A stretch of 64,000 nt of DNA from Macrostomum lignano (taxonomy: Eukaryota): contig NIVC01001374.1 in assembly GCA_002269645.1 (NCBI GenBank), forward strand, positions 62,001 to 126,000. Reading direction: 5' to 3'. A model generated the notes under the pieces. The model was not told the origin of the DNA, did not search any database, and saw nothing but the letters and a program-made list of their open reading frames with translations. Position numbers and translations under genes: made by a program. Below are positions 35,705 to 46,714 of the stretch, in pieces. Each line of letters starts with the position of its first letter. Position 1 is the first letter of the stretch.

Positions 35705-36693
35705 CTCGCCCCTCTATAAAAAGATAGATTAACCACCGCACGAATACGAAATGCGAACCGAATTTAAGTATTAGTAACAACAGAAGGTCACAAATTCACA
35801 GTCGAATAACGAGACAATCGAATTAGTTAATATTGATGCAACTGACAATAACGGACAGTAGTATTCGCAATTAATATTGGTAATACATAACATTTTGGTA
35901 AGCAGCAAGTCATTAGAAGAACAATATATTGAGAGTATTGAAGGATTAAAAGTCACAATAAGCAAAAGCGATGCGCGTATTTATTAATTGTTTGTCACTG
36001 AGTAGTTCAAAATGCGCGCTTAGGTCATCCATGGAAGAGCACGGATTTGCCGAGCCGGCCACAGCTCGACGGTCGGTCAGCTATGGTGTCATCGCACGCC
36101 CACCAGACACACACAGCAGACACCCGACAGGCACACTATCTAACCCAAAAACGAGACAAAAATTTAATGGGAGCGTGAACAGAATAAACACAAAAGGAAA
36201 GAAATGGCAAGGATGAGAACTTAGAATGACGATGCAAGACAACTGCGAACATGCAGACAAAAACCTCCGGGCCGGCACAAGCCGCGCTGGGCACGCCTCA
36301 AGGGACGCCGACACCACCCGGGGAGAGACAACGACATCTGCACACAGCAGGTAAGCGGCATGACGGAACAGCTGAACACATCAGCTTAGCTGGCTACTGC
36401 ACAAGAGAAGACCATACTACTGGCAACAATGCAAGGGACGTGCTGACAGGGCTGAAGTGATGAGATGATGGGTGACAAATGACTGATGATTTATTTTTTT
36501 TTCTCTTTTCATATTTTGTTCCTTTTTTGCCAAGTGTTTTATTTTCCCGTTTTAGATTTTTTGTGCTTTCCATACTTTTGCCTGAACAACAAATTCACAT
36601 GCTTTAACTGTTATTTTATACTTGTTTCTCTACATGTACATGTACAAGTACACGTCCAAGTACTTCTGACCCCGTTGCATGACACGGTAGGTT

Positions 36694-39600
36694 CTACATG
36701 AGTTGCTGCATGAGAAGGTTTACTATTGACGTACCGATACAGGACCTGAACCTGATCGGCTTGCGCACTGTTCTGCCTGAGCGCGTTCTGACACCTGGTT
36801 GTTGCCCTACTGTTGCTGCAGAAGGGGTGGTAATGCTACTGTCCCGCTCTGAGACATCGTCAACAGACTCTACCTGCAAGACCGGCTCCGCCTCATTACC
36901 AGATATAGCAGGCTCTGCCGCTGAAGCAACAGGTTCAACTTCTACTGACGTGCTGGTGCGGACTGGCTCAGCTTGTGCTGGTGCGGATGAGTCAGTGACT
37001 TCGGCTATTTCAGCTTGCTCTTGCTCGTCCCCCGTCCCCCGAGCTGATGCTCGACCCGACGCCATGGATGAGTCGCTGCCAGCGGACTCGGACGACGGCG
37101 AGGGTAGTTTAGGTGCTAACTGACCTGACGAGGGTGAACTCGAGTGCGTTTCTAATGACCGTTCAGACTGCTCACTGCTCGAGCTCGACGTGGGTGAAGA
37201 TGAAATGCGATCGCCACGGGCGGCTGGAGAGATTGGAAGCAGGTCGTGGCAACTTGACTGACTGTCATTCAAGCTCAACCGAGAGGAGCCAATCTGCTCT
37301 GCCCCACGACCACCGTAGCAATCGATGTTACCCTGGTAGGTTGGTTTGCGAATGCAGCGCTTTATTCTATCAACGTTGTATACATTGTGTTTCGGGTTCG
37401 GCAATCGCTCAGATGGGTTTTGAAGGCCAGCTTCTGGGACCAGCCGGTAGTTCCGTTCAGAAATCTTTTGGCTCACTCTGTAAGGTCCGAGCCACACGGC
37501 CGTATCTAAGCCCCTGTGATTTGAGTTTAAGACCCATACTATTTCACCGACTTCAAAGTTGGAATGCAACGCGCTTCGATCATAGAGGCGCTTTTGACGC
37601 TCTTGAGCTCTACCTCGAGTTTGGCGGGCTTTGGCCGAGACCTCCACCAGTAGTCTATGCAAGTAGTGAGCGTACTGCTCTGGACTATAACTATCCCGCG
37701 CTGGGGGGCAGTAGACTAGGTCGAGCGGCAAGGACAGTTCACGGCCAAAAAAAAGTTTTGCTGGTGAAAACCCAGTCGACTCAGCCACTGTTGCGCGGAT
37801 GGACAGCGAAGCTAAGCGAGCTGCGAGTGGCCAGTCAAACTGCCGTTCAAGACAGACAGCTCGAATTTGCGATTTGATAGTCTGTATCATTCTTTCGACT
37901 TTCCCATTTGCTTGGGGGCGCCGAGCTGTTATGCGCACCATTTCAACCTCGAGAAGGCGAGTCAGTTCGGCCATGACGCTGTTTATGAATGCTGTGCCGT
38001 TATCGGACACCAGCTGCTCCATAGCGCCATATCTTACTACCCATTCAGTCAATAGAGCCGTTGCTGTGGTCTCTGCGGAAACGTCTGTGACCGGTGTTAC
38101 TTCGACAAATCCCGAGAAACGATCGACCATTACGAGCAAGTATTTCAACCCGGAATGTTCGGGGAAAGGCCCGGCATGGTCGATGTGGACTACTTGATTA
38201 GGGAACCCCGACAGCTCAGGCTGCATTGGCTCCTTATTCTTTCGTTTTGATTTTTTAGTTCGCGCGCAAACTTCACACTCTGCGATAGTTTCTTTCACGT
38301 AGGTGTCTAGATCAGAGATAGCAAAGCGATTTCGAACAGCGGCGATTGTCTTAGTGATGCCGCAGTGATTAATTTCTTTGTGATATCTTGTTACTATCTC
38401 ACTGATGTTTGCAGTTTCTGGTATTACTAACACCCGTGTTGTAATTTTAGTCTTAGTGGCCTGTTTGCGCTGGTATAGTAGCCCGTGCTCGATGCTTAGC
38501 TCCTCGAACTGGGCCCAAAGCGCACGGATCTCTCGACTACAGCCCTGAAGATCAAACTTGGACAGCTTAGGTGCTTTGCCCTTTACGCTTTCAATCAAGC
38601 GAATCAGGTCGATGCAAGACTCTTGAGCCTCTCTGGCCCATTCTAAGTCCTGGGCATCCTCGTCTTCCTCGTCTTCCTCTTCAACGTTTTCATCCGACTG
38701 TTCAAGAGCTTCGTTTGGCTGTGCTAAAACCGCGGAAGTCCGATTCAAGTCTACATTGATAATTGCTTCTTCGTTAGTGACAGACTCGTCGACTACCTCC
38801 TCCCATTCGGTTTGGCTACTAGAATCTACTGTAGTTCGCTGCACACTAATCTTGCGGACTTCTGCGTCGGCTTGGGCGGACTTCAGATTGCGTTTGAACT
38901 TTTCCTGAAACTCTGGGACCTTCGAGCAAGAGGGGCAATCGAAGTGGTCAGCTCGGAATCTCGGGTTACGGCTGAGGACATCTGCGTTCACAATTTCCTT
39001 CCCCGGTCTGTACTGGATCTGGAAGTCATACTCAGCCAACCGCTCTAGAGTCGACTGCTGGATCTTAAAGTCAAACAACTCTATTGTGACCAGCCACTGG
39101 GCTAGCATGCCAGTGGCACTTTTCTTAGAATGCAGCCACTGCAAGGCGGCTGCATCAGTTCGCACGAGGAAGGGCTTGTCCAGCAAGTACGTCCTAAAAT
39201 GTTCGAGCATCAATACGAGCCCGAGGAGTTCCCGCATAGTCGCACAATAATTTCTTTGGCTGGCAGAGAATTTCTTTGATGCATAGGCTATGACATGCTC
39301 CGTGCCAGCGGCACCTGCCTGTGAAAGGACAGCACCGACACCGTCTAATGAGCTATCACAGTCTAGGATAAACTGGTTGCCATGTGGAGACAAGTCAGGG
39401 TACGCAAGAACTGGCGGCGAGCAAAGATTCTTCTTGAGCTCTTGGAAGGCGCACTCGTGGCAGTCCAGCCACTGGAATCGTTCTGAGCCCTTAGCCAGTG
39501 CATACAACGGTGTTGCAAGAATGGAAAAGCGTGGCACAAATTTCCTGTAATAATTTGCAAATCCTAAGAAAGAAAGAAGCTGGCGCTTATCGGTTGGTGT

Positions 39601-42552
39601 ACACCAGTCCTGGACTGCTTGCGTCTTTTTAGGATCCGCCTCAATCCCCTTGGCAGAGACGATAAAGCCTAGGAAGGACACTTTCTCCTTAAAGAGTTCA
39701 CATTTGGACGGCTTAATCTTTAAGTTGGCTTTTCGGAGCTGCCAGAGCACCATGGCCAAGTGGCTGATCATCTGATCATTGTTAAGACCTTTGATTATTA
39801 TGTCATCCAGATAAATCAAGCTGACTTTCATTAGGAGGGGGCGAAAGACTCGGTGCATCAGTTTTGCAAAATTAGCTGGCGCCGTTTTTATACCAAAAGG
39901 CACGACTCTCCAGCGGAATGTCCCCTGAGGGCATGAGAAGGCGGTTAGATCCCGATCTTCCTCTCGAATGCCCATTTGCCAGTACGCTGATGTTAGATCG
40001 AGGCTCGAGAAGACAGCTGAACCGGCGAGGCTATCAAAAGACTCCTCAATCAGCGGAAGGGGAAAACTACATGGCTTGATCAGCTTATTTACTGATCTAT
40101 AGTCGATGCACAGTCGTTGAGACCCATCCTTTTTCTTTACAAGAACTATCGGTGAGGACCATTCTGAGTCACATTCTTCTATTACTCCCTGCTCTAGTAG
40201 TTGAGTGATGTGCTTATCTAAGAAAACTTTTTGACTCGGTGTTGTGCGACGGGATGCGAGAGCAATTGGTCTGGTGTTCTTGTCTTGAAGCTCAATCGCC
40301 ATCTCTTGAAGACTAGTTTTACCAAGATCAGTGTCGCTTCGTGAAATTTGGCTCATGAAGTGATTCAGCAGCTTTAGTGTGGTTGCCAGCTGTGTCTGTG
40401 TTAAGCTAGTCTTATCAAGATGAAATTGTTGGGTTAGCCATGCTGCGATACTTTTATCAGGAGCCGGTAGTTTAGATAATTTACTATTGAGGTTCTGAGC
40501 ATTGTCAATGGCAAAATCGCTCTCCGTCAAGGCGGTCTGAGCGACAACTTCCCCTAAGCCTAGCTCTTGAAACGATGCGATCTCCTGACCCTTTTCGATC
40601 CGGGACGGTTGATCGCTACTATTAAGGAGACGGACTAAGACATGACTTGATGTGCTAACACTATCGATAGACCTGGCTACAAAGCACTCAGAGTCTGTGT
40701 TGAATAGCTTAGATGACACGATGCCTTGAGCACATGGTGATGGATCAAGCACTCGACTGGGGATCAGTGTCTCGGATCGCGGTGGCAAGTCGAGAGAGCT
40801 TGCTGCAAGGACGCGGCGAATTCGATAAATGCCGTGATCTCCTTCGACCACTGGAACTGACTCTCCTGAGACCACAACTCTGCCCTCAATGAAATCCAGC
40901 AGCACTGAAAAGCTGCGCAAGAAGTCAACTCCTAGAAGGGCTTCAGTGCTAGACTCTTCAGTGACCAGAAATTGGTGTGGCTTGACTACCTTTCCTAGTT
41001 TGACATCACACCGCAGGGAGCCCAAGATTCGTGTTTTGGACCCATTGAAAGCCGTTGCACTGCTTGGATTTCGTGCTGGTGTGAAAGTATTGTTAACTGG
41101 GTCTGCTTCAACTAGGCGATTCATGACCTGCTTTCCCAGCATGCTCGCATTGGCACCCGAGTCGAGGCAAGCCATAACCTGTTTATCACCGATGAGGAGC
41201 TGGACAAAGTAGCTCGACTCAATTTCAGCGCCACCGATTCCCGACTGAGCACGGAAAGCATGGGCAGACTCTGAAATAGGCTTGATGTCACAGGCTTGAT
41301 CATGTTTGCGGCCTGTATCTACCTGCCTTCGGAACTGGACACGAGTTCCAGCCAGCTGGTGCTGTTCAGCAAGTTTGCGAAGGGCAGGAGAAAGTTCACC
41401 CATGTGAAAAAAAAGTTGCTCGTTGAGTTGCTCAGATTGAATGAAGCCATAGTTTCCCCTGGCTACAGAGATGGCCCCAGTCTCTGAGGCAGACCGCTGG
41501 GCCCTTGGGTCTTGGCTAGACCTTTTAAACCTAGAATTTTCCCCAGATGAAGGTGGTGAAGGGCAGTCAGCAACTAGGTGGCCAGTTTGACCACAGCGAT
41601 AGCATGCTCTCTGCTTAGCAACTGGGCCTTGAGCCTTCCCATAGCCCCTCTGAGCAGCCCTGATGTTTGCAGTCGGCAAGTTTGAATGGCCACCTGATTC
41701 TTGCAGTCTCAGTTCTTGTTGCTGAAGCCTTTTCTCAAGATCACGGATGCGCGCTTCAAGTGCTGCTTTCTCGTTGTCAACAGCCCGGAGGTTCACTGGC
41801 GGCTGGGGCTGCAACAGCTGGTGCACACCAATCATCTCATTGGCCTTGCGGGCGAGGTCAGCTGAGGACACACCCCCAACAACCCCGCGGGACCAGAGCA
41901 GCAACTTTTCGGCAAGCGCCTTGTCTCTAAGACCGTAGCAAAATCTAGCCCTCATCAGGGGTTCAGCTTCACTAACGGACACCTTAGCAGCACGCGCATA
42001 ACACAACAATCTATCGTAGAACTCTGAGATGGATTCCTGCTCAGTCTGATAGGCAGCAACAAGCTCCATGTAGCTTTTTTCGCTGACATTTGACTCCGTA
42101 TAACGAGAACGGAGAGCTTTTAGTGCGTCTTGGCAGCTCTTTCCTTTCAACTGATTATTAAAAAAAAACTCTTGACATTCTGGCGCCAGAAGGCTTAACA
42201 GGACAGCTGTCTCCTGTTTTTCCGGAACCCTGTGGGCTTCTAAATATGCAAGGAACTGAGCCTCCCAGATATCAAAGTTCAATTTGGCACTGAAAGGTAC
42301 AGGTGGCCGAAGGCGGACAGCCAAGACATCTTCACTCTTGACAGGCAAGGAGTTGGGACTGTCGCCAGTTAGTTTCAAATCAATCAGTCGATGTAACGAA
42401 GCCAATGCATCAGCAAGAGCATTGTGTGTGACAGCATCCTCTCTCTTGACTTCGGCTGGCTGCTGCTGGGGCTGGCCAGCTTCGGCAACACTAAAGGGAT
42501 GGTCAGGACCTCCATTAGTCGCTCCACCCCCATCATCCTCTGTGTCGGACAT
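36694..42552 (-). CDS. Gag-Pol polyprotein, 1952 aa: Gag, CCHC knuckle, cold-shock-like domain, aspartic protease, RT, RNase H, integrase
   Basis: CYRCGQTGHLVADC (aa 317-330); GNYGFI..LFFH segment (aa ~357-425); protease LDSGA (aa 463-467); RT with WSSPIVLVKKKDGSQRLCIDYR and YLDD (39802-39813); RNase H CDSS..YASKK..RELLG..TDAAAL; integrase H-H-C-C zinc finger plus HIDH/SDNG/VERM core. PR-RT-RH-IN order places it in Ty3/Gypsy. Confidence 0.97.
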   Translation of the reverse strand: MSDTEDDGGGATNGGPDHPFSVAEAGQPQQQPAEVKREDAVTHNALADALASLHRLIDLKLTGDSPNSLPVKSEDVLAVRLRPPVPFSAKLNFDIWEAQFLAYLEAHRVPEKQETAVLLSLLAPECQEFFFNNQLKGKSCQDALKALRSRYTESNVSEKSYMELVAAYQTEQESISEFYDRLLCYARAAKVSVSEAEPLMRARFCYGLRDKALAEKLLLWSRGVVGGVSSADLARKANEMIGVHQLLQPQPPVNLRAVDNEKAALEARIRDLEKRLQQQELRLQESGGHSNLPTANIRAAQRGYGKAQGPVAKQRACYRCGQTGHLVADCPSPPSSGENSRFKRSSQDPRAQRSASETGAISVARGNYGFIQSEQLNEQLFFHMGELSPALRKLAEQHQLAGTRVQFRRQVDTGRKHDQACDIKPISESAHAFRAQSGIGGAEIESSYFVQLLIGDKQVMACLDSGANASMLGKQVMNRLVEADPVNNTFTPARNPSSATAFNGSKTRILGSLRCDVKLGKVVKPHQFLVTEESSTEALLGVDFLRSFSVLLDFIEGRVVVSGESVPVVEGDHGIYRIRRVLAASSLDLPPRSETLIPSRVLDPSPCAQGIVSSKLFNTDSECFVARSIDSVSTSSHVLVRLLNSSDQPSRIEKGQEIASFQELGLGEVVAQTALTESDFAIDNAQNLNSKLSKLPAPDKSIAAWLTQQFHLDKTSLTQTQLATTLKLLNHFMSQISRSDTDLGKTSLQEMAIELQDKNTRPIALASRRTTPSQKVFLDKHITQLLEQGVIEECDSEWSSPIVLVKKKDGSQRLCIDYRSVNKLIKPCSFPLPLIEESFDSLAGSAVFSSLDLTSAYWQMGIREEDRDLTAFSCPQGTFRWRVVPFGIKTAPANFAKLMHRVFRPLLMKVSLIYLDDIIIKGLNNDQMISHLAMVLWQLRKANLKIKPSKCELFKEKVSFLGFIVSAKGIEADPKKTQAVQDWCTPTDKRQLLSFLGFANYYRKFVPRFSILATPLYALAKGSERFQWLDCHECAFQELKKNLCSPPVLAYPDLSPHGNQFILDCDSSLDGVGAVLSQAGAAGTEHVIAYASKKFSASQRNYCATMRELLGLVLMLEHFRTYLLDKPFLVRTDAAALQWLHSKKSATGMLAQWLVTIELFDFKIQQSTLERLAEYDFQIQYRPGKEIVNADVLSRNPRFRADHFDCPSCSKVPEFQEKFKRNLKSAQADAEVRKISVQRTTVDSSSQTEWEEVVDESVTNEEAIINVDLNRTSAVLAQPNEALEQSDENVEEEDEEDEDAQDLEWAREAQESCIDLIRLIESVKGKAPKLSKFDLQGCSREIRALWAQFEELSIEHGLLYQRKQATKTKITTRVLVIPETANISEIVTRYHKEINHCGITKTIAAVRNRFAISDLDTYVKETIAECEVCARTKKSKRKNKEPMQPELSGFPNQVVHIDHAGPFPEHSGLKYLLVMVDRFSGFVEVTPVTDVSAETTATALLTEWVVRYGAMEQLVSDNGTAFINSVMAELTRLLEVEMVRITARRPQANGKVERMIQTIKSQIRAVCLERQFDWPLAARLASLSIRATVAESTGFSPAKLFFGRELSLPLDLVYCPPARDSYSPEQYAHYLHRLLVEVSAKARQTRGRAQERQKRLYDRSALHSNFEVGEIVWVLNSNHRGLDTAVWLGPYRVSQKISERNYRLVPEAGLQNPSERLPNPKHNVYNVDRIKRCIRKPTYQGNIDCYGGRGAEQIGSSRLSLNDSQSSCHDLLPISPAARGDRISSSPTSSSSSEQSERSLETHSSSPSSGQLAPKLPSPSSESAGSDSSMASGRASARGTGDEQEQAEIAEVTDSSAPAQAEPVRTSTSVEVEPVASAAEPAISGNEAEPVLQVESVDDVSERDSSITTPSAATVGQQPGVRTRSGRTVRKPIRFRSCIGTSIVNLLMQQLM

Positions 42553-43117
42553 CCCAGAAAATACAGAGCAGAGAAGGAATAAGTAAACAAATTACAAGAA
42601 TAGATGGAGTCACGAAGGAAAGAAGCGACACTAATACTAACACGCCAAAAGTGTCTGGTGGGGGGAAGCACTGAACCCAGGGTGACCTACTCCTACAGCC
42701 CTAGAGCAAGCAATCCGCGAATGCTATTCCACCAGACACGGTCCCTATACTAAAGGCAGGCAGCGTGCGTGCTCACCAGGAACAATCTGGCAGCTGGACA
42801 CTCAGGTTGTCGATCGGGATTCAGTAGGACACGTTGTGGCCTCGGCCGTCGTTGGCAGGATACTAGGCAGCTCAGCGGGCCGTGTTGTTCGTAAATTCCA
42901 GCAGATTCTCGTTGGTGGTTCCAGTCAGCAAAGACTGGTGACGCAGCAGGTCTCGGTGGTGTCAACAGGCGACAGCAAGTAGAAATTCGACGATGATAAT
43001 GGCAGGTGGCGGTGGCAGTTGGCGACAATGAACTAGCCGGTTCAGACAATGAATAGATGAAGTCAACGGTTTATCGAAGAACGGACGATTGGATAGGCGG
43101 GCCAATTGTAAATGATG

Positions 43118-43134
43118 TCTCGGTGGGACCTCCA
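43118..43134 (-). other. Primer-binding site complementary to tRNA-Gln
   Basis: Minus strand TGGAGGTCCCACCGAGA, 3 nt inside the 5' LTR; the plus strand TCTCGGTGGGACCTCCA is the conserved 3' end of metazoan tRNA-Gln with CCA. Confidence 0.85.
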
Positions 43135-43137
43135 AAA

Positions 43138-43514
43138 TGTGGGGTAGACGTAGCGAGTTCGAGATTTAGTAAGCGATTATTTAATTAATTATTTATTCGT
43201 TAGCTAGTTCAATTAGTAGTAGTGTTGACACGCAGGGCACGAGACAAAACGCCGAGTAGAGGAAAGTACAATTAACGAGCGCGAGGCAACATTTAAATTG
43301 GCGGGGAAATCCGATTCATTTAAACCTAAGATATCTATCAAAAAAGTAGTAATAACTTGGACTTAAATAAATAAAACTTAAAGTACATTTTTTTCTAAAT
43401 AAATTACATTAAATTAATAGCTGGGGAACCTGCAAATTACTCAACTACAATAATTTTAAGTAATAAAAACTCACATAGAAACTAAAAATTTAAGATGCTA
43501 ACGACGTCGTCACA
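43138..43514 (-). repeat. 5' LTR of the Gypsy element
   Basis: 377 bp, TG...CA, 375/377 identical to the 3' LTR. Confidence 0.95.
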
Positions 43515-43864
43515 CTAGGCCTATATGGTCTTAATAATCAACATTTTTGACAGAAAAAACAAGGACAACTTAATGTGGATGGATATGAAAGAATAAATAT
43601 ATAATATGTATAATATATAATAATATATAATATATAATATATAATCTATAAAATCTATAAAAAATATATAATTTATTATATAATATATAAAATAATATAT
43701 ATATATATATAAATAATAAAGTAGGCCTAGTATTTTTTGATTAAATTAAATTTATTAAAACTGATTGAAATTGATTAGAATTGGAATCTTGACAATTAAT
43801 TGCAATCCCCTAGCTAGCTGTTGATATGAAATATTCTTGGTTTCATTGTTTTTTTATTTTATTG

Positions 43865-44500
43865 TATCTCATATCTCTACATATCTCTACATATAAAAAT
43901 CAAAACTCTGTCTGTGTGTGTGTGTGTAGGCCTATACAATTTTGATTGCTATGGACTCCCAAACCATTAACCAAATGACACCAAACTTTACACCCACCCT
44001 AAACTTACTACAGAGAATGTCTTAGGCTACCTTTAAATTTCCTAGACTCAAGTCTTCCTGCCTTAAAGTACAAAAAACTGCTCAAAATGCGCGATTTTTT
44101 CACTAAATCCTCCATAGCGCCGCTCCACTTCTACCAATTCTCTTCAAATTTGACATAGACAGTCTTTAACTATTTTGACACAATCGTGTAAAATTTTGAA
44201 TCTGAAAGTTAATCCTGAACGGTGCTGTGCACTTTTAAAGTTTGGCTGTTTTTTCAGCGAGACAGCCACCCCAACCTCCACCCGCCTGCCTCTCTTTTCC
44301 AATCTGGGCAAAGGTTTTTAAATAGGTTTTTAAATGACTAACTTTGGGCTGCCATAAGTTTGCTTCACATAAAGCGATTGACTTCAAACTTAACACAAAT
44401 CTTCATTGACTCATTCTTTATCTAAATGTTAAGTTTCAACTCTGTACCAGGGTAACTCAACCGAAAAAGAAACTGTAAGCATGTGAAGTTTGTCTGCTTT
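43865..44500. mobile_element. Possible non-autonomous Helitron-like element
   Basis: Starts TCTCTACATATAAAAATC followed by (TG)n and repeated CTTCAAA(T/C)TT modules, a layout typical of Helitron-derived elements; no clear 3' hairpin/CTAG end found. Confidence 0.3.
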
Positions 44501-45224
44501 TTTTGTTGTTTGCCGCTCATCCAACTCATTCCCCCAGACAAAGGATCAGGCGATAGGGCTCAATGTACATAGTGAATGTATAGTGTTTTGGAATAACTTT
44601 TTAATAGCCTTCTCTGTATCCCTGGGAGTGGAGAGACGTGGAAAGAAGAGAGTTTAGCAAGAGATTCAATTTCAAACTACTGTCCTCTATATAGACAAGT
44701 CGCAGCAGTTAAACAAGGATGGCAAATCAAGGCGATGTGGGATGGTTTGTAAAAATAGCAAAAAATTAATGAATAACTGATTATAATGCAATCCTACCAA
44801 ATTAGTTATACCATGAAAATTTTAACAGTAAGATTTGCATAAGGTAACTTTAAAATTTAAATGGCCTCCTAAGAAATGCGTATTTCCTTGGTTGTTAGAC
44901 TGCTGCAGACTGTGGTGGTAGAGCTAGAGAATGGAGATACACAAATTCCTCTCAGGGCTACTAATTGGCCAGAAAGATGACGTGATTAAAGCATGAGAAA
45001 TGATAACAACCATGATAGTACTATGTCCCACGAGGGCTGGATCACTATTGCGAAGTTTCAAAGGACCCAAGGGCCGGATTGCTATTGCAAAGTTTCAAAG
45101 GACCCGAGGCCGGATTGCTATTGCAAAGTTTCAAAGGTCCCCATGATAGTACTTTCGAAGCAGGGATTGGCAGATTTTATCTCAAAGGCCAGATAAAGAA
45201 TCCAGCTCATGGCTGCCGGCCAGA

Positions 45225-45580
45225 TAGATGAGAGTGAAAAGGAAAAGTGGTGAAGAGAGAGCAGAGAAGAAGGGAGGAAGAAGTGAGAGGAGGGGAGAAA
45301 GGAAGGAGAGGAAAGAGTAAAGGTGAGAAGAGGGGAGAGATGAGATAGAGGATCAATGAGAGAGGAGAGTAGAGAAGATTGAGAAGAAAGTAGAGATGAG
45401 AGAGCAGAAAGAAGATGACAGAGGGTCAAGAGGAGAGAAGAGATTAGAGAGGAGAGAGTAGAAAGGATAGAGAAGAGAGGAGATAAGAGGGGGAGAGAGA
45501 AGTGAGAAGAAAAGAGATAGAGATAAGAGAGTGGTAAAAGAAGAGGGGAGAAAGGAGAGATGAGAGAGTAAAGGGAAGAG
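45225..45580. repeat. Polypurine (AG-rich) low-complexity tract
   Basis: About 350 bp almost entirely A/G. Confidence 0.85.
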
Positions 45581-46714
45581 AGCCTTGTCTAATGCATAAT
45601 TAGCATTTTTTGTTTGTTGGTATATTTATGGCTTTTTCAATTAAAGCATGTTAACATTGTATTTCTATGAAACAGATTCAAATACAAGTTTTACTAGTAT
45701 TTTTCATATGGAAAATAGTGTTTTAGTATTAAAATACAAATAACCCCAAAATAGGCTAAATTGTATATATAACTTATTATAAGTACTATAGATTCTCCCT
45801 GTACAAATTTGCAGTTGAAGCTAGATCACCAATTCTTGATTGACTTATTTTCAATCTCAATGTTTTTTTATAAAATTCTCACTTGATCTTGCTCAAAAAC
45901 AAAAATCTGATCTTAGCTGGGCTCTAAAAGGCAGGCATTGTCACAAATTGTCATACTTGACAATTGTTATATCTTGTGCCTAAAAACTAGCATTACAATG
46001 ACATGGCTTGGCTTATTGGTTTTATGAATCTGTTTTATCTATGCACTGAAACAGCTGTACATACTGTACTATGCTAAGAAATTTACCAGTTGACAAATTT
46101 ACCAGTTGACATATTTACCATATAACTAGGCCAGTTGATAAAAAAGTTGATAAGTTTACTAGCACCCTATTTTTATATAGGCACTAAGCCTAGCTTTTTT
46201 TTACTTTTTTACTTAGTCTTAGGTCTTACAACTTTTTTATGCCCAATCAATAGCCAGTGCCCCATAGCTCCCCACTTCTAAATCTTACATGTATGCCAGA
46301 AAATGTTGGTTTTTCAACAGATGCAAAAAAATTGTTGGCATAAAGTATCATAGCATACAAAACATTCCAATGGAAATTATGCTATAGATCTGGCATATAG
46401 CATAGCTATTAGTATACAAAAGACCAAAATGTCATAATGCAAGAATGCAAAAAGGTCCTTCATTGTTGCAAAACAAAAAATTCCTTTACTGCTGCAATAT
46501 CATTTGATTATATCTAGTATACATATCACAAGTAATATTTTTAGTGTGTAAACTTGAATTTATGGTGTAGGGAGCCATTTTTCCAGTGTACCATATAGGG
46601 CCTAATATATTTGAGAGTGTGGCCATTGCTAGGCTTAATAGCCATGTCAATATCTCATTTTTTAGCTTTTTGGCTTCAACCTGATGTTTTGATTATTACT
46701 GAAAATCAGTTAAC

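Larger units (their letters stand above)
35328..43514 (-). mobile_element. Full-length Ty3/Gypsy LTR retrotransposon (8187 bp)
   Basis: Two 377-bp TG...CA LTRs (35328-35704, 43138-43514) differing at 2 positions on my base-by-base comparison; CTAG TSD (35324-35327, 43515-43518); PBS and PPT in the expected places; one uninterrupted gag-pol ORF. Confidence 0.97.

Noticed and set aside
35705-36693. Possible env or accessory ORF in the Gypsy 3' region
   Set aside because: Only short ORFs (under 85 aa) without signal peptide, furin site or credible TM architecture; treated as UTR.
36698-42671. Plus-strand ORFs antisense to gag-pol (e.g. 37113..37877) and ORFs antisense to the globin, LINE and GH16 genes
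   Set aside because: Expected shadows of GC-rich coding sequence; no recognisable motifs.
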